NCBI GenBank assembly: GCA_034669905.1
Contig: JAXMOL010000026.1
Span: 34,612 to 98,611, forward strand
Reading direction: 5' to 3'
Length of the DNA: 64,000 nt
Source of the DNA: Candidatus Hydrogenedentota bacterium
GTDB lineage: Bacteria; Hydrogenedentota; Hydrogenedentia; Hydrogenedentales; JAEUWI01
Notes under the pieces: model-generated
What the model saw: only the letters and a program-made list of their open reading frames with translations
Told to the model about the DNA's origin: nothing
The model's database searches: none
Translations under genes and position numbers: made by a program
In this document: piece after piece, positions 18,330-31,065 of the stretch
How the letters are laid out: each line of letters begins with the position of its first letter
Numbering within the stretch: position 1 is the stretch's first letter

Positions 18330-21300
18330 ATGAGCCCCAAAGACTTACAGAATACTGCGACCGACCAGGAGGTGCCAGCTTCCATGTCTTCCAGCCAGGA
18401 AAACGGCTATTGGCGCCACGCCAACGATCTTGATGGCTCGGTGGCCGCCGACGATACCCATCATCAGGAGTTCGACCTCGCGAATCCAGATACACTGGAT
18501 CACGCCGGACGTCGAAACTTCATGAAGGTCATGGGTGCTTCCATGATGTTGGCCGGCCTTACCAGCTGTGCGCGTCAGCCAGAAGAAAAGATCGTACCTT
18601 ACGTCAAGCCGCCCGAAGAAGCTGTGCCGGGTCGTTTTGGTTATTACGCGAGCGCTGTTTCCATGGCCGGCTACGGTTTGGGTGTGGTGGCAACGAGTTT
18701 TGAAGGGCGTCCCACGAAAATTGAGGGCCTCGCAGAGCATCCGGCCTCCCTGGGCGCGACCGACAGCCACGCACAGGCATCCATCCTGGACCTCTATTCC
18801 CCCAACCGTCTCGAGAGCATTTCGCACGCGGGCACCATGGGGACCTGGAACCAGTTTGTGGCCGACATTGCCCGGGTTATGGGTGATATAGACAGTGCTG
18901 CGGGTGCGGGACTGACCATTCTCACGGAAACGGTGACCTCGCCCACGATTCAGTGGCAGATGGCCCGTTTGATGCAGCTTTTCCCCGAAATGAAGTGGCG
19001 CGAGCACGATCCGATGGGTCGGAACAATACCCGCATGGGTGCCCTTCAGGCCTTCGGCGAGTACACCGAAACCAAGATTGACTTCACGAAAGCGAAGACG
19101 ATTCTTTCGCTCGATGCCAATTTCCTCGTTGAGGGTCCGGCCCATGTGCGTTATGCCCGCGACTTCGCCATAACCCGCAGCGCGTCGGCAACTGCCGATG
19201 CCGCCGACTACGAAGCGCGCGAGCATTTTTCCCACGACGAAATGAGCCGCCTCTATGTGGCTGAGTGCACGCCAACCCTTACGGGTGCGGCCGCTGACCA
19301 CCTCCAGGTTCTGCGCTTCCCGCTCGTTGAGACGCTGGCGCGCGTTGTGGCTTCCCGTCTTGGTGTGGCCGGAGTCGCCGCCAATGCCGATAATGCAGCC
19401 CAGCTCGATACGGCCTGGGTTGATGCGCTGGTAGAAGATCTCAGCCATAGCAACGGTCACGCCGTTGTGGTGGCCGGTGAATCCCAGCCGCCTGTAGTTC
19501 ATGCCCTGGCCCACGCCATCAACGCTGCGCTGGGCGCGGTGGAGTCCGGTCTGGTGACCTATATTGACTCCCCCGAAGCAGACCCGACCGATCAGGATGC
19601 GTCCCTCGGTAAACTTGTTGATGACCTGAACAACGACCAGGTGAAACTTTTGATTGTGTTGGGCGGTAACCCCGTCTACAACACACCAGGTAGCGTGGAC
19701 GTGGCAGCTGCCATGGCGAAGGCGGGCCTTCGGGTGCACCTGACCAGTGAGCAGAACGAAACGTCGGAGCATTGCCACTGGGTAATCCCCGAATCCCACG
19801 CCCTTGAGAGCTGGGGTGACATTCGTGCCTATGACGGTACCCATTCGATTGTTCAGCCCCTGATTCGCCCGCTGTACAACAGCAAGACGGCCAGTCAGAT
19901 TCTTGCGGTATTGCTCGATGAGGGTTCCGCCGTCAGTGACTATGATATTGTTCGTGCAGGCTTTGATGCGAAAAACGGCGTCTTGGCCGAAGCGAAATGG
20001 CGTAAGGCCCTCAGTGTCGGTGTTGTGGAAGATTCGGCCTTCCCCGCCAAGTCGGTCTCGCTCCGCGGAAGCTTTCCTGAAGAGGCGCCCTTGCCCTCGG
20101 CAGAAGGGCTTGAGCTTCATTTCCGCTTGGACCCCAACATCGGTGACGGACGTCACGCCAGCAATGGTTGGTTGCAGGAGCTGCCCAAGCCGCTCACCCG
20201 CCTCACCTGGGACAATGCCCTTCACATCCACCCGACGACCGCCAAAGAGCGCGAGTTGGAGCAGGAAGATGTGGTTATCATCAAGGTGGGCGACCGGGAA
20301 GTGCGCGCCGCTGTCATGCTGATGTTTGGCCATCCTAAAGGGGCGGCCACCCTGCACCTCGGCTACGGCCGTCAGGTGGCTGGTTACATCGGTAAAGATC
20401 GCGGATTCAATGCCTTTACCTTGCAGGACGTGAATTCCCGCTACTACATCGGTGCCGGCGTTACCCTCGCCAAAACAGGCCGTAACTATCTGCTGGCCCG
20501 TACCGAAGAGCACAACAATATTGAGAAAAGCCTCCAGACGCAGGCCCAGAAGGCCGAAGATCGCCATCTGATTCGTGCGAATACCCTGGAGAACTACAAG
20601 GCCCATCCCGATTTCGCCCAGCACATGGGGCATCATGCGCCGTCCCGCGAGAACACGCTGTACAATCCGGATGAAAAAGACTATGCCGGCCTTTCCTGGG
20701 GCATGACCATCGACCTGAACCGTTGTAACGGTTGCGGCGTCTGTACGGTGGCCTGCCAGGCAGAAAACAATATCCCCATCGTGGGTAAGCAGGAAGTCAG
20801 CAAAGGCCGCGAAATGCACTGGATTCGTGTCGACCGCTACTACAAAGGCGACATGTACAACGATAGTGTGGAAGCGGCCCACCAGCCTGTTCCCTGCATG
20901 CAGTGCGAAAATGCGCCCTGCGAACCGGTTTGCCCGGTCGGTGGCACCATGCACAGCGCCGAGGGTCTCAACGATATGATTTACAATCGTTGCGTAGGTA
21001 CCCGTTATTGCGCGAACAACTGCCCCTACAAGGTCCGTCGTTTCAACTTCTTCCACTATCAGATCCGGGAAGAGCAGGATGCGCCCCAACTGAAGATGAT
21101 GCGCAATCCCAACGTGACCGTCCGTAGTCGTGGTGTCATGGAAAAATGCACCTACTGCGTGCAGCGCATTAACCGCGCCCGCATCGACGCGAAGGTCGCC
21201 GCTTCCAAAGTGGGAGGCGAGACCGTCGTCCCCGACGGCACCCTCGTTACCGCCTGTCAGGCGGCCTGCCCTTCGCAGGCCATCGACTTTGGCAACATCA

Positions 21301-21467
21301 ACGACCCGTCAAGCCGCGTGTCGTTGCGCAAACAGAATCCCCGCGATTATGGCCTGCTGGCCGATATCGGCACCCGTCCCCGTACGACTTACCTGGCGAA
21401 GTTGCAGAACCCGTCTCCCGCGTTGGCAGGAACGGATGCGCACGCCGAAGCACATTCGGAGCACTAA
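18330..21467 (+). CDS. actB: Alternative complex III subunit B (molybdopterin oxidoreductase-like + Fe-S ferredoxin fusion)
   Basis: Tat RRNFMK followed by LTSC; GRPTKIEG; NGWLQELP; Cys clusters CNGCGVCTVAC, CMQCENAPCEPVCP, CVGTRYCANNCP, EKCTYC; start could be 18318. Confidence 0.93.
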   Translation: MSPKDLQNTATDQEVPASMSSSQENGYWRHANDLDGSVAADDTHHQEFDLANPDTLDHAGRRNFMKVMGASMMLAGLTSCARQPEEKIVPYVKPPEEAVPGRFGYYASAVSMAGYGLGVVATSFEGRPTKIEGLAEHPASLGATDSHAQASILDLYSPNRLESISHAGTMGTWNQFVADIARVMGDIDSAAGAGLTILTETVTSPTIQWQMARLMQLFPEMKWREHDPMGRNNTRMGALQAFGEYTETKIDFTKAKTILSLDANFLVEGPAHVRYARDFAITRSASATADAADYEAREHFSHDEMSRLYVAECTPTLTGAAADHLQVLRFPLVETLARVVASRLGVAGVAANADNAAQLDTAWVDALVEDLSHSNGHAVVVAGESQPPVVHALAHAINAALGAVESGLVTYIDSPEADPTDQDASLGKLVDDLNNDQVKLLIVLGGNPVYNTPGSVDVAAAMAKAGLRVHLTSEQNETSEHCHWVIPESHALESWGDIRAYDGTHSIVQPLIRPLYNSKTASQILAVLLDEGSAVSDYDIVRAGFDAKNGVLAEAKWRKALSVGVVEDSAFPAKSVSLRGSFPEEAPLPSAEGLELHFRLDPNIGDGRHASNGWLQELPKPLTRLTWDNALHIHPTTAKERELEQEDVVIIKVGDREVRAAVMLMFGHPKGAATLHLGYGRQVAGYIGKDRGFNAFTLQDVNSRYYIGAGVTLAKTGRNYLLARTEEHNNIEKSLQTQAQKAEDRHLIRANTLENYKAHPDFAQHMGHHAPSRENTLYNPDEKDYAGLSWGMTIDLNRCNGCGVCTVACQAENNIPIVGKQEVSKGREMHWIRVDRYYKGDMYNDSVEAAHQPVPCMQCENAPCEPVCPVGGTMHSAEGLNDMIYNRCVGTRYCANNCPYKVRRFNFFHYQIREEQDAPQLKMMRNPNVTVRSRGVMEKCTYCVQRINRARIDAKVAASKVGGETVVPDGTLVTACQAACPSQAIDFGNINDPSSRVSLRKQNPRDYGLLADIGTRPRTTYLAKLQNPSPALAGTDAHAEAHSEH

Positions 21468-21475
21468 TCTGAGTT

Positions 21476-22861
<1,386 letters not shown>

Positions 22862-22907
22862 GGTCTCTGGACCCGGTGAAACCTTAACCTGAGGAATAGT
22901 AAAGAAA

Positions 22908-23465
22908 ATGTCAGCACACGGACATGAAGACGACACGCCGAAAGTGCACGGGCTCATCGCCGAATTTGACGATCCCGAAACACTGGTAAAGGCGACGACC
23001 AAGGCCCATGAAGCGGGATACCGCACCATGGACGCCTATTCGCCCTTTCCCATTCACGGCCTCGCAGAAGCGATGGGTGTCCGGAAGACCTATGTCTCCC
23101 TCGTGACACTCATTGGTGGCCTGACCGGTACGGCGACGGGATTTGGTATGCAGTGGTTTGCTTCGGTGAAGCATTACCCCTACAGCATCGGTGGCAAGCC
23201 GCTTAACAGCTGGCCGGCCTTCATGCCCATTACCTTCGAGTTGACCATTCTCTTTGCGGCCTTCTCGGCACTGGGCAGTATGTTGCTGTTTAACGGCCTG
23301 CCCCGCCCGCATCACCCCATTTTCAATGCCAAGCGGTTTGAGCGCGCGTCTAGCGATGGTTTCTTCCTCTGCATTGAAGAAACCGATGCCCAATATGATA
23401 CCGATCAGACCAAGGCATTCCTCGAAGGCCTTGGCCCTGTGGAAGTCTCTGAAGTACTGGAATAA
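22908..23465 (+). CDS. actD: Alternative complex III subunit D (DUF3341)
   Basis: DAYSPFPIHG, IGGKP, PITFELTIL. Confidence 0.9.
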   Translation: MSAHGHEDDTPKVHGLIAEFDDPETLVKATTKAHEAGYRTMDAYSPFPIHGLAEAMGVRKTYVSLVTLIGGLTGTATGFGMQWFASVKHYPYSIGGKPLNSWPAFMPITFELTILFAAFSALGSMLLFNGLPRPHHPIFNAKRFERASSDGFFLCIEETDAQYDTDQTKAFLEGLGPVEVSEVLE

Positions 23466-23524
23466 GAAAACCGGAACCGCGCCCGCCACAAGTGTTACGG
23501 CGGCGGAAAAACAAGTTGGATCTG

Positions 23525-24250
23525 ATGAATAAATCCATGAACAACATAGCGGCCCGCTACTGGGAAGCCAACAAAGCCCTGCTTGCGTTGGTAACGGTAT
23601 ACAGTTTTGTATTGCTCGGCTGCCATCCCGACATGTGGAATCAGGCCCGCTACGAAGCATTGGAGAAGAACACCTTCTTTGCGGATAGCGCAGCAGATCG
23701 GCTTCCCGTGGAAAACACGATCGCCTATGACGGCGCCCGGCGCGCCTGGGTAGACCCCGTGTTTGAAACGTTGACCGGCAGTCCCGAGGTGCCCAGTGTG
23801 CTGGATGATGTCTTCCGCACCGGGTATGAGGGCGATGCGCTTAAGGCCGACAACTATTTCGAAGTGACCTTGCCCCTCCTCAAGCGTGGGCAGGAACGTT
23901 TCAATGCCATTTGCTCCCACTGTCATGGTGAGGGTGGCTACGGCAACGGCCTCATCGTCCAGCGCGGATTTCCGGCCCCGTCCAGCTTTCATATCGATCG
24001 CCTGCGGGAAGTGGAAGATGGGTACATCGTAGACGTTATCCGGAATGGTTTCGGGCGCATGTACAGTTATGCCGCCCGGGTATCGCCGGAAGATCGTTGG
24101 GCCATCGCGGCCTACATTCGCGCGTTGCAGCACAGCCAGAATGTGCCGACCGATACGCTCGACGAGAATGAACAACAGGAATTGGACAAAGCACTGAATC
24201 CGGCAACGGAAGCAGTAGACAATCACGTGGCGGACCCCAATGCTCACTGA
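23525..24250 (+). CDS. actE: Alternative complex III monoheme cytochrome c lipoprotein E
   Basis: Lipobox LLGC then DMWNQ; CSHCH; GFGRMYSY; DRWAIAAYIRALQ. Confidence 0.88.
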   Translation: MNKSMNNIAARYWEANKALLALVTVYSFVLLGCHPDMWNQARYEALEKNTFFADSAADRLPVENTIAYDGARRAWVDPVFETLTGSPEVPSVLDDVFRTGYEGDALKADNYFEVTLPLLKRGQERFNAICSHCHGEGGYGNGLIVQRGFPAPSSFHIDRLREVEDGYIVDVIRNGFGRMYSYAARVSPEDRWAIAAYIRALQHSQNVPTDTLDENEQQELDKALNPATEAVDNHVADPNAH

Positions 24251-25460
24251 GAATCAACTTCAGAAAGTTAGTGCCCTGCAGGGAAAGAGCCTCATCGCGG
24301 CGGTAGCCGGTCTGGTCGTTACGATTGGATTGGGCGTCCCAACCGATTCGGTCTTCCAGGGCTTGCTGATAGGTTATCTGCTGTGCTTCGGCCTGGGTAT
24401 CAGCTCCCTCGGACTGCTCATGCTTCATCACCTTTGTGGTGGTAGCTGGAGTTTCGTGGTGCAGCGTATTGCCGAAGCCGGTTCGCGCACGCTTCCCTTC
24501 TTGTGTGTCGTGGGCGCCGTCGTCATGATTGGTGGAGCCCTGGCCTCGACGGTCTATCCTTGGGCCAATGAAGAATTCCTGGCACAGGAAGGCAATGAGC
24601 TCATTTCGCACATGTCGCACCTGAAGCATGAGTTCCTTAATCTCAATGTCTTCGTGATTTGTTACTTTATCTACTTCGCCATCTGGTTGAGCTTCATGCT
24701 CGCCTTCAATGGCTGGTCCAAGAAGCTCGACGCTACGGGTGACCCGAAGTACATCGCCAAGATGAAGCGTTGGGCGGGCTTTGGCTGTGTCCTGTATGTG
24801 CTGACCATGACCTTCGCGGCAACGCACTGGGCCATGTCGACGGACCCGACCTTCTTTTCCACCATCTACGGTGCGTGGATGATTGCCAGCGGTGCCCTTT
24901 CCATGATGTGCTTCTGCGTCATCATGCTGACCTGGCTTTCGAATGAAGGGCCCCTGGCCGAGAAGATCAGCTCCCAGATTTACCACCACTTCGGTAATTT
25001 CATGCTGGGCTTCACCATCTTCTGGTCCTACCTGTCCTTCTCGCCCTTCCTGATTATCTGGAATGGTAACCTGCCCGAAGAAATCGGTTGGTACCTCCAC
25101 CGCTCCGGTGATCTCGTGCCCGTCACGATTGTATTGATTGCGTTCGTATGGTTCGCGCCCATGTATCTGCTGCTGATGCGGAAGAACAAGACGAACCCGA
25201 ACGTGCTGCGGAAGATTGCCATCTACGTGCTGGCGACACGCATCATCGACATGTACTGGAACATTGCCCCGTCGTACGAGCATAACCACGCGACACTCCA
25301 TTGGCCAACCATCGTCTGCACCCTTGGTGCGGTGGCTGGACTGGGCGGCCTGTGGCTCTGGGTTTTCCTTCACGAGCTGAAGAAGCGCCCCATCCTGGCG
25401 CAGCAGGATCCCCGTGAAGAGCTCATGTTCATGAAAGAAAAGGCCCACAATCATGCATAA
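24240..25460 (+). CDS. actF: Alternative complex III membrane subunit F
   Basis: Multi-TM; HWAMSTDP.FFSTIYG; IIWNGNLPEE. Confidence 0.88.
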   Translation: MLTENQLQKVSALQGKSLIAAVAGLVVTIGLGVPTDSVFQGLLIGYLLCFGLGISSLGLLMLHHLCGGSWSFVVQRIAEAGSRTLPFLCVVGAVVMIGGALASTVYPWANEEFLAQEGNELISHMSHLKHEFLNLNVFVICYFIYFAIWLSFMLAFNGWSKKLDATGDPKYIAKMKRWAGFGCVLYVLTMTFAATHWAMSTDPTFFSTIYGAWMIASGALSMMCFCVIMLTWLSNEGPLAEKISSQIYHHFGNFMLGFTIFWSYLSFSPFLIIWNGNLPEEIGWYLHRSGDLVPVTIVLIAFVWFAPMYLLLMRKNKTNPNVLRKIAIYVLATRIIDMYWNIAPSYEHNHATLHWPTIVCTLGAVAGLGGLWLWVFLHELKKRPILAQQDPREELMFMKEKAHNHA

Positions 25461-25875
25461 CCCACAGGACAGCATTAAAGAAGGTTACGAAGTAACCGAC
25501 ATGAACACCCGCGTCATCACGTTCTTTCTGATTGGACTATTCGTCCTCTTGTTCGGCGCTGTGGGTGCTATCATCATCGTCATGCGTGGCTTCGAGGAAT
25601 CCCGCCCGTCCCTGAACCGGGAGCAGGCTTCGCCGCTGGCGGAAGCCGGTATGCAGGTTCCCGACAAGCCCCACCTTCAGGGTGACCCCGTTGCAGACCG
25701 GGAAGCGATCGTGAAAGCGAACGTCGACCAGGTCAACAGCTACGGGCGCCTGAGCGAAGATCCCGAAATGCCCCGGGTACACATCCCGATTGAGGTGGCA
25801 ATGGAGCGCGTCGCCGCAGGCGTGGCCTATCGCCAGGCACCGTCGGTCGCCCAGGATTCGGCCACCGAACAATGA
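25453..25875 (+). CDS. Single-TM protein in the ACIII operon (possible ActG-like accessory subunit)
   Basis: Overlaps actF and sco; GYEVTDMN, TM helix, PHLQ, VHIPIEVAM. Confidence 0.6.
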   Translation: MHNPQDSIKEGYEVTDMNTRVITFFLIGLFVLLFGAVGAIIIVMRGFEESRPSLNREQASPLAEAGMQVPDKPHLQGDPVADREAIVKANVDQVNSYGRLSEDPEMPRVHIPIEVAMERVAAGVAYRQAPSVAQDSATEQ

Positions 25876-26795
25876 GTACGCTTCCCCTACATAGCACCCT
25901 GCGATACGCTGGTCGCGCCTTCCTCAGTCTGGCGTTGATAGGTGTGGCAGGTGGTGTCTGGGCCCAGGCAGCCTCGAAAGACGAGGTGGAAGAGATTGGC
26001 TTGGATCCCATCTCCTTTCGCGGGCCTAACCCCACGGAGCGGTTCAAGGATATCAAATATCAGCAGAATCTGGGTGACCAGATTCCCATGGACCTTGTGT
26101 TCCGCAACGAAAAAGATGAAGAGGTACGCCTCGGTGATTTGTTCACCGATAAACCGGTGGTGCTGTCCATGGTGTATTTCGGATGCCCCATGTTGTGCAC
26201 CCTGGTGTTGAACGGTGAAGTGACTGGCTTTGATGGTCAGCCCGATACCTTCAAGCTCGGTGAGGCATTCACCGCTATCAGTGTCAGCATTGACCCGACC
26301 GAGACCGGTGCCCTGGCCTCGGAGAAAAAGGCCAGTTACATGGAGACGTTGCATATCGACAACGCCGAAGAGAACTGGCACTTTCTCACCGGGGATGAAG
26401 AGAATATCGAAACCCTGGCTGCGGCCGTGGGCTTTCGCTACTACTACGACGAGCCGTCCGGGCAGTATGCCCACGATAGCGGCGTAGTTATTGCAACGCC
26501 CAAGGGTAAGATTTCCAGTTACTATCTGGGCATCGAATACTTGCCGGGCAACCTGCGCACCGCGTTGGAAATCGCTGGCGCCGGGACGATTGGGAAGTTT
26601 CTCAAGCAGCCGACCCTGCTTTGTTTCGCCTACGACCCGACCAGTGGGACCTACGGGTTCCTGATTATGAGCGCGCTGCGTCTCGCGGGTATCGGTACGG
26701 TGCTGATGGTGGTGGGATTCTGGGTGGTGAACTATCGCCGCGGTCGGCAGAGCGCATTGCCCGATATAGATACAACAACACAGACCGCGTCTTAA
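25872..26795 (+). CDS. SCO1/SenC copper chaperone
   Basis: CxxxC (CPMLC), VSIDP, WHFLTG, conserved His in QYAH. Confidence 0.88.
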   Translation: MSTLPLHSTLRYAGRAFLSLALIGVAGGVWAQAASKDEVEEIGLDPISFRGPNPTERFKDIKYQQNLGDQIPMDLVFRNEKDEEVRLGDLFTDKPVVLSMVYFGCPMLCTLVLNGEVTGFDGQPDTFKLGEAFTAISVSIDPTETGALASEKKASYMETLHIDNAEENWHFLTGDEENIETLAAAVGFRYYYDEPSGQYAHDSGVVIATPKGKISSYYLGIEYLPGNLRTALEIAGAGTIGKFLKQPTLLCFAYDPTSGTYGFLIMSALRLAGIGTVLMVVGFWVVNYRRGRQSALPDIDTTTQTAS

Positions 26796-26863
26796 GCCGA
26801 CGGGGCTGAAACGTTTTAATTTGTCGAAAACCCACAAACCGTTAGGGTGATAACAGGTTAGCC

Positions 26864-27784
26864 ATGAATTTTCCTCTTATACCAGAGCAAGCATCGACGT
26901 TTGCTCCCAGCGTCGACCTCCTGTTCTACGCATTGACAGCCTTTGTGTTGTTGTTTACTGTCGGGGTCACCGCCGTCCTGATTGCCCTTGGCATCAAGTA
27001 CAAGGCCGAGCCAGGACGTAAATCAGAACATGTTGAGAATATGGCCTTGGAGCTTCTCTGGAGCGCCATCCCCGCCGTGATCGCGTTGGTTATCTTCGCC
27101 TGGGGTGCCATCATCTACTTTGACTACCGAAACATCCCGGAGAATACCCTGGATATCAACGTCATCGGTAAGCAGTGGATGTGGAAGATTCAGCATCCCA
27201 ACGGCAAGCGGGAAGTCAACGAACTCCACGTGCCGGTGGGTAAAGCGGTCAAAATTACGATGACCTCGCAGGATGTGTTGCACGACTTTTACATCCCCGC
27301 CTTTCGGGTGAAACAGGATGCGATTCCCGCGAAGTACACCGACATGTGGTTTGAGGCTACCAAGGTAGGTACCTATCCGCTCTTCTGCGCCGAGTACTGC
27401 GGCACGGACCACTCCACCATGGGGGGGACGGTTACCGTCATGGAGCAGGATGCCTACCAGGAATGGCTCGAAGGTGGTCCTCCGGTTACGCCCGCCCAGG
27501 CTGGTGAAACGCTCTTCCAGCAGATGGGTTGTGTGACCTGTCACGATGCGGGTGCCGCCAGCCGTGGTCCGGTACTGAATGGTGTCTTCGGCCACGAGGT
27601 GAAACTCCGCGACGGTAAGACAGTCGTTGCCGATGAAGAATACATCCGTGAATCCATCATGAGTCCATCGGCGAAGATCGTTGACGGCTATGCGCCGCTC
27701 ATGCCGACCTTCCCGAATCTGGATGAAGAAGATATCCTCAATCTGCTCGCTTACATCAAGTCCCTTAGCGACGAACAACAATAA
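26864..27784 (+). CDS. coxB: Cytochrome c oxidase subunit II with fused cytochrome c (caa3 type)
   Basis: QWMW, DVLH, CuA motif [13 protein letters not shown]-terminal CVTCH. Confidence 0.95.
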   Translation: MNFPLIPEQASTFAPSVDLLFYALTAFVLLFTVGVTAVLIALGIKYKAEPGRKSEHVENMALELLWSAIPAVIALVIFAWGAIIYFDYRNIPENTLDINVIGKQWMWKIQHPNGKREVNELHVPVGKAVKITMTSQDVLHDFYIPAFRVKQDAIPAKYTDMWFEATKVGTYPLFCAEYCGTDHSTMGGTVTVMEQDAYQEWLEGGPPVTPAQAGETLFQQMGCVTCHDAGAASRGPVLNGVFGHEVKLRDGKTVVADEEYIRESIMSPSAKIVDGYAPLMPTFPNLDEEDILNLLAYIKSLSDEQQ

Positions 27785-27798
27785 CGGAAATCGATAAC

Positions 27799-29451
27799 AT
27801 GGCAAACGATGTGGTGCACGGCACGGAGATTCCCCCACGGGATCACACGCGCCCTGAAGTAAATTATTTGAACTGGCGTCAGACGGTCAGTTCCTGGCTC
27901 CTCTCGCAGGACCACAAACGTATCGGTATCATGTATTTGATCTCGATCAGCATCTTCTTTGTGGTAGGTGGGTTGTTCGCGACGATTTTCCGTATCGAAC
28001 TGCTTACTCCCGAGGGTGACCTGCTTCAGGCGGATACGTATAACAAGTTCTTCACGCTTCACGGCGTGGTGATGATTTTCTTCTTCCTGATCCCCTCGAT
28101 TCCGGCGGTCTTAGGTAACTTCCTGATTCCGCTGCAGATCGGCGCCAAGGACGTGGCCTTTCCCAAGCTGAACCTGGCGAGCTGGTATATTTTCATGGTC
28201 GGCGGTACGCTGGGCGTGGCCATTATCCTCCTGGGTGGACTGGATACGGGTTGGACCTTCTACACACCGCTGAGTACCTCCTATGCGAATACCCACGTAT
28301 TCCTGGCGGCCATCGTGGTGTTTGTAACCGGGTTCTCGTCTATCCTTACGGGCCTGAACTTCCTGGTCACCATTCACAAGATGCGTGCGCCCGGTCTGAC
28401 CTGGTTCCGTTTGCCCCTCTTTATCTGGGCACACTACGCGACCAGCGTTATCCAGATTCTGGGTACGCCCGTGCTGGCCATCACGATCTTCCTCGCCGGC
28501 GTGGAACGTCTCTGGGGTGTGGGTATCTTTGACCCGGCCCTGGGCGGTGACCCCGTGCTCTTCCAGCACATGTTCTGGTTCTACTCCCACCCGGCCGTGT
28601 ATATCATGATTCTCCCGGGCATGGGTGTAATCAGCGAAATCATCGGCTGCTTCTCCCGCAACCGGGTATTCGGGTACGAATTCATTGCCTTCTCCAGTGT
28701 GGCTATCGCCATCATCGGCTTCCTCGTCTGGGGTCACCACATGTATGTGAGTGGTCAGGCCATGTATTCCAACCTGGTCTTCTCCCTCTTGACCATGTTG
28801 GTCGCCGTGCCCTCGGCCATCAAGATCTTCAACTGGACCGCCACCCTCTACAAGGGTAATGTGGTCTGGGCGACGCCCATGATTTATGCCATCGGCTTTA
28901 TCGGGCTCTTCGCCATCGGTGGTGGTACGGGACTGTTTCTGGGCGCGGTTGGCCTGGACGTGCCCCTTCACGACACCTACTTCGTCGTGGCCCACTTCCA
29001 CTACGTCATGGTAGGCGGCATGGTAATGGCCTATCTCGCGGGTATTCACTTCTACTGGCCCAAGATGACCGGTAAGATGTACCCCCAGACCCTGGCTAAA
29101 CTCTGCGCTATCCTGGTATTCGTTGGTTTCAACTGCACCTTCTTCCCCCAGTTCCTGGCGGGTTGGTTGGGCATGCCCCGTCGCTACCACTCCTACCATG
29201 AAGACTTCCAGGTCTTGAATGTTATGTCGACTATTGGTGCCAGTATCCTGGGACTCGGGTTCATCATTCCCGTGTTCTATCTGGTCTGGTCCCTCTTCTA
29301 CGGCAAAGAAGCCGGTAGTAACCCCTGGGGTGCCCGCGGGTTGGAATGGGAAGTATGTACCTCTCCCCCCGATCCCCATAATTTTCATGAAACACCGGTC
29401 GTAACCAGCGAAGCCTACGCCTACACCGGGGAGGAAACACTCAGTGAGTAG
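27799..29451 (+). CDS. coxA: Cytochrome c oxidase subunit I, A2-type
   Basis: GWTFY, YSHPAVY (A2 YS motif), [23 protein letters not shown]. Confidence 0.97.
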   Translation: MANDVVHGTEIPPRDHTRPEVNYLNWRQTVSSWLLSQDHKRIGIMYLISISIFFVVGGLFATIFRIELLTPEGDLLQADTYNKFFTLHGVVMIFFFLIPSIPAVLGNFLIPLQIGAKDVAFPKLNLASWYIFMVGGTLGVAIILLGGLDTGWTFYTPLSTSYANTHVFLAAIVVFVTGFSSILTGLNFLVTIHKMRAPGLTWFRLPLFIWAHYATSVIQILGTPVLAITIFLAGVERLWGVGIFDPALGGDPVLFQHMFWFYSHPAVYIMILPGMGVISEIIGCFSRNRVFGYEFIAFSSVAIAIIGFLVWGHHMYVSGQAMYSNLVFSLLTMLVAVPSAIKIFNWTATLYKGNVVWATPMIYAIGFIGLFAIGGGTGLFLGAVGLDVPLHDTYFVVAHFHYVMVGGMVMAYLAGIHFYWPKMTGKMYPQTLAKLCAILVFVGFNCTFFPQFLAGWLGMPRRYHSYHEDFQVLNVMSTIGASILGLGFIIPVFYLVWSLFYGKEAGSNPWGARGLEWEVCTSPPDPHNFHETPVVTSEAYAYTGEETLSE

Positions 29452-30127
29452 CGCAACCGTGCACGACGAGAACCCCTATCTTGCGCACCATTTCGAATCC
29501 ATCGAGCAGCAGGAAGAATCCTGCACGCTCGGAATGTGGCTCTTCCTGGCCCAGGAAGTCATGTTCTTCGGCGGGCTCTTCATGGCCTACGCGGTGTATC
29601 GCTTCATGTATCCGGAAGCCTGGCTCGAAGGCAGCGCCTCCCTGAGCGTGCCCATCGGTGGTGCTAATACGGTCTTCTTGCTGCTGAGCAGTTTTACCAT
29701 GGCCATGGGCGTTTATTTCTGCCAGGTCGGTAACAGTAAATGGCTGTTTCGCGCGTTGACCGCCACCTTGGTTCTTGGCATTATTTTTGTCGGGGTCAAA
29801 TGGGTCTACGAGTATACGCCCAAATTTGCCGAAGGAATCTTTCCCGGCGCTGGCTGGGGTCCTCACGGTCACCATTACGGTCATCTTGCGGACTTTGCCG
29901 ACCAGGGTGCCCTGCAGATCTTCTTTGTGCTCTACTTCATCATGACGGGAATGCACGCCTTTCACATGCTGATTGGCTTCGCAATCCTCCTCGTGTTGAT
30001 GTGGATGACCAAGCAAAACAAGTTCGGCCCCCAACGTTACATGCCCATTCTGTTCTTTGGTCTGTATTGGCACTTTGTAGATATCGTATGGGTCTTCATT
30101 TTCCCCATGTTCTATCTGGTAACCTGA
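29444..30127 (+). CDS. coxC: Cytochrome c oxidase subunit III
   Basis: [33 protein letters not shown]. Confidence 0.95.
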   Translation: MSSATVHDENPYLAHHFESIEQQEESCTLGMWLFLAQEVMFFGGLFMAYAVYRFMYPEAWLEGSASLSVPIGGANTVFLLLSSFTMAMGVYFCQVGNSKWLFRALTATLVLGIIFVGVKWVYEYTPKFAEGIFPGAGWGPHGHHYGHLADFADQGALQIFFVLYFIMTGMHAFHMLIGFAILLVLMWMTKQNKFGPQRYMPILFFGLYWHFVDIVWVFIFPMFYLVT

Positions 30128-30154
30128 TACCGTTGCTCAAGAGAGATTAGTTCC

Positions 30155-30475
30155 ATGTCCCAACATCACATTGTACAGCCCAAGACCTATGCGACCATCC
30201 TGCTTCTATTAATGCTGCTGATGGCTGCAACTATCGGTGCCTCCTATATCCACTTGGGTGCTACCTACAACCTTCTGCTGGCCCTCTTCATTGCCTGTTG
30301 TAAGATGAGTCTCATCCTCATGTTCTTCATGCACGTGAAGTATGGTTCCAAGTTGACGGCCGTGTTCGCCACGGGCGGCTTCTTCTGGCTCATTATCTTT
30401 ATCACCCTGCTGTTTTGCGACTATTTCACCCGCTATTGGAATTCGCCCATCGGGCCCTCTCCCTATGGCGGATAG
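30155..30475 (+). CDS. coxD: Cytochrome c oxidase subunit IV
   Basis: Three TM helices, FFMHVKY. Confidence 0.88.
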   Translation: MSQHHIVQPKTYATILLLLMLLMAATIGASYIHLGATYNLLLALFIACCKMSLILMFFMHVKYGSKLTAVFATGGFFWLIIFITLLFCDYFTRYWNSPIGPSPYGG

Positions 30476-30506
30476 TTGAAACCGGCGAGTCTATACCGCT
30501 TATTTC

Positions 30507-30548
30507 GCGTCTGAGTAGCCCAATGAGGGCTTCTCAGGCGCTTTTTTT
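30507..30548 (+). terminator. Rho-independent terminator of the ACIII-oxidase operon
   Basis: gcgtctgag.agccc/gggct.ctcaggcgc followed by a T tract. Confidence 0.8.
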
Positions 30549-30597
30549 GTGGAGGTCACACGGGGTGTCGCCGTAGAATGTATCCACGAGGTAGGTC

Positions 30598-31047
30598 ATG
30601 AATCAGGGTTATGCGCTCCCAGTGTTAGTGAGTTTCCTGCTGCTTGGATGTGGCGGGCCCGAGCCTTATGCCATCATTCCGTGGCGTGGGTCGGTGCCCC
30701 TGGGTGTGGAGGCCGCCACCGATGACCAGGTGCTCTTTGTCTATTTTCAGGCGGAATGGTGTTCGGTCTGTCGGCAAATGGAGCAGCAAACTTTTTCTAA
30801 ACCCGGGGTCGCCCGAGCGCTGAGCGCCTATGTGCCGGTCAAGATTGATGTCGATGAACAGCCCCGCACCGCAGAAGCCTATCTGGTGACGGGGACACCG
30901 ACCTATGTGCTGGTGGATAAACAGGGCCATGTGCGGGCTCGGTCTCTGGGCTTTCTGAACCCCTCGGAAATGGTCCAGTTTCTGGAGGAAAGTGCCCGCC
31001 TTCTCGATGCAGAGCGTTCCGCCAATGCCGCGGGGAAGAACCCGTAA
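30598..31047 (+). CDS. Thioredoxin-family lipoprotein
   Basis: Lipobox LLGC; AEWCSVC; cis-Pro loop GTPT. Confidence 0.85.
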   Translation: MNQGYALPVLVSFLLLGCGGPEPYAIIPWRGSVPLGVEAATDDQVLFVYFQAEWCSVCRQMEQQTFSKPGVARALSAYVPVKIDVDEQPRTAEAYLVTGTPTYVLVDKQGHVRARSLGFLNPSEMVQFLEESARLLDAERSANAAGKNP

Positions 31048-31065
31048 TGGGGAAGGGGTGGACGG

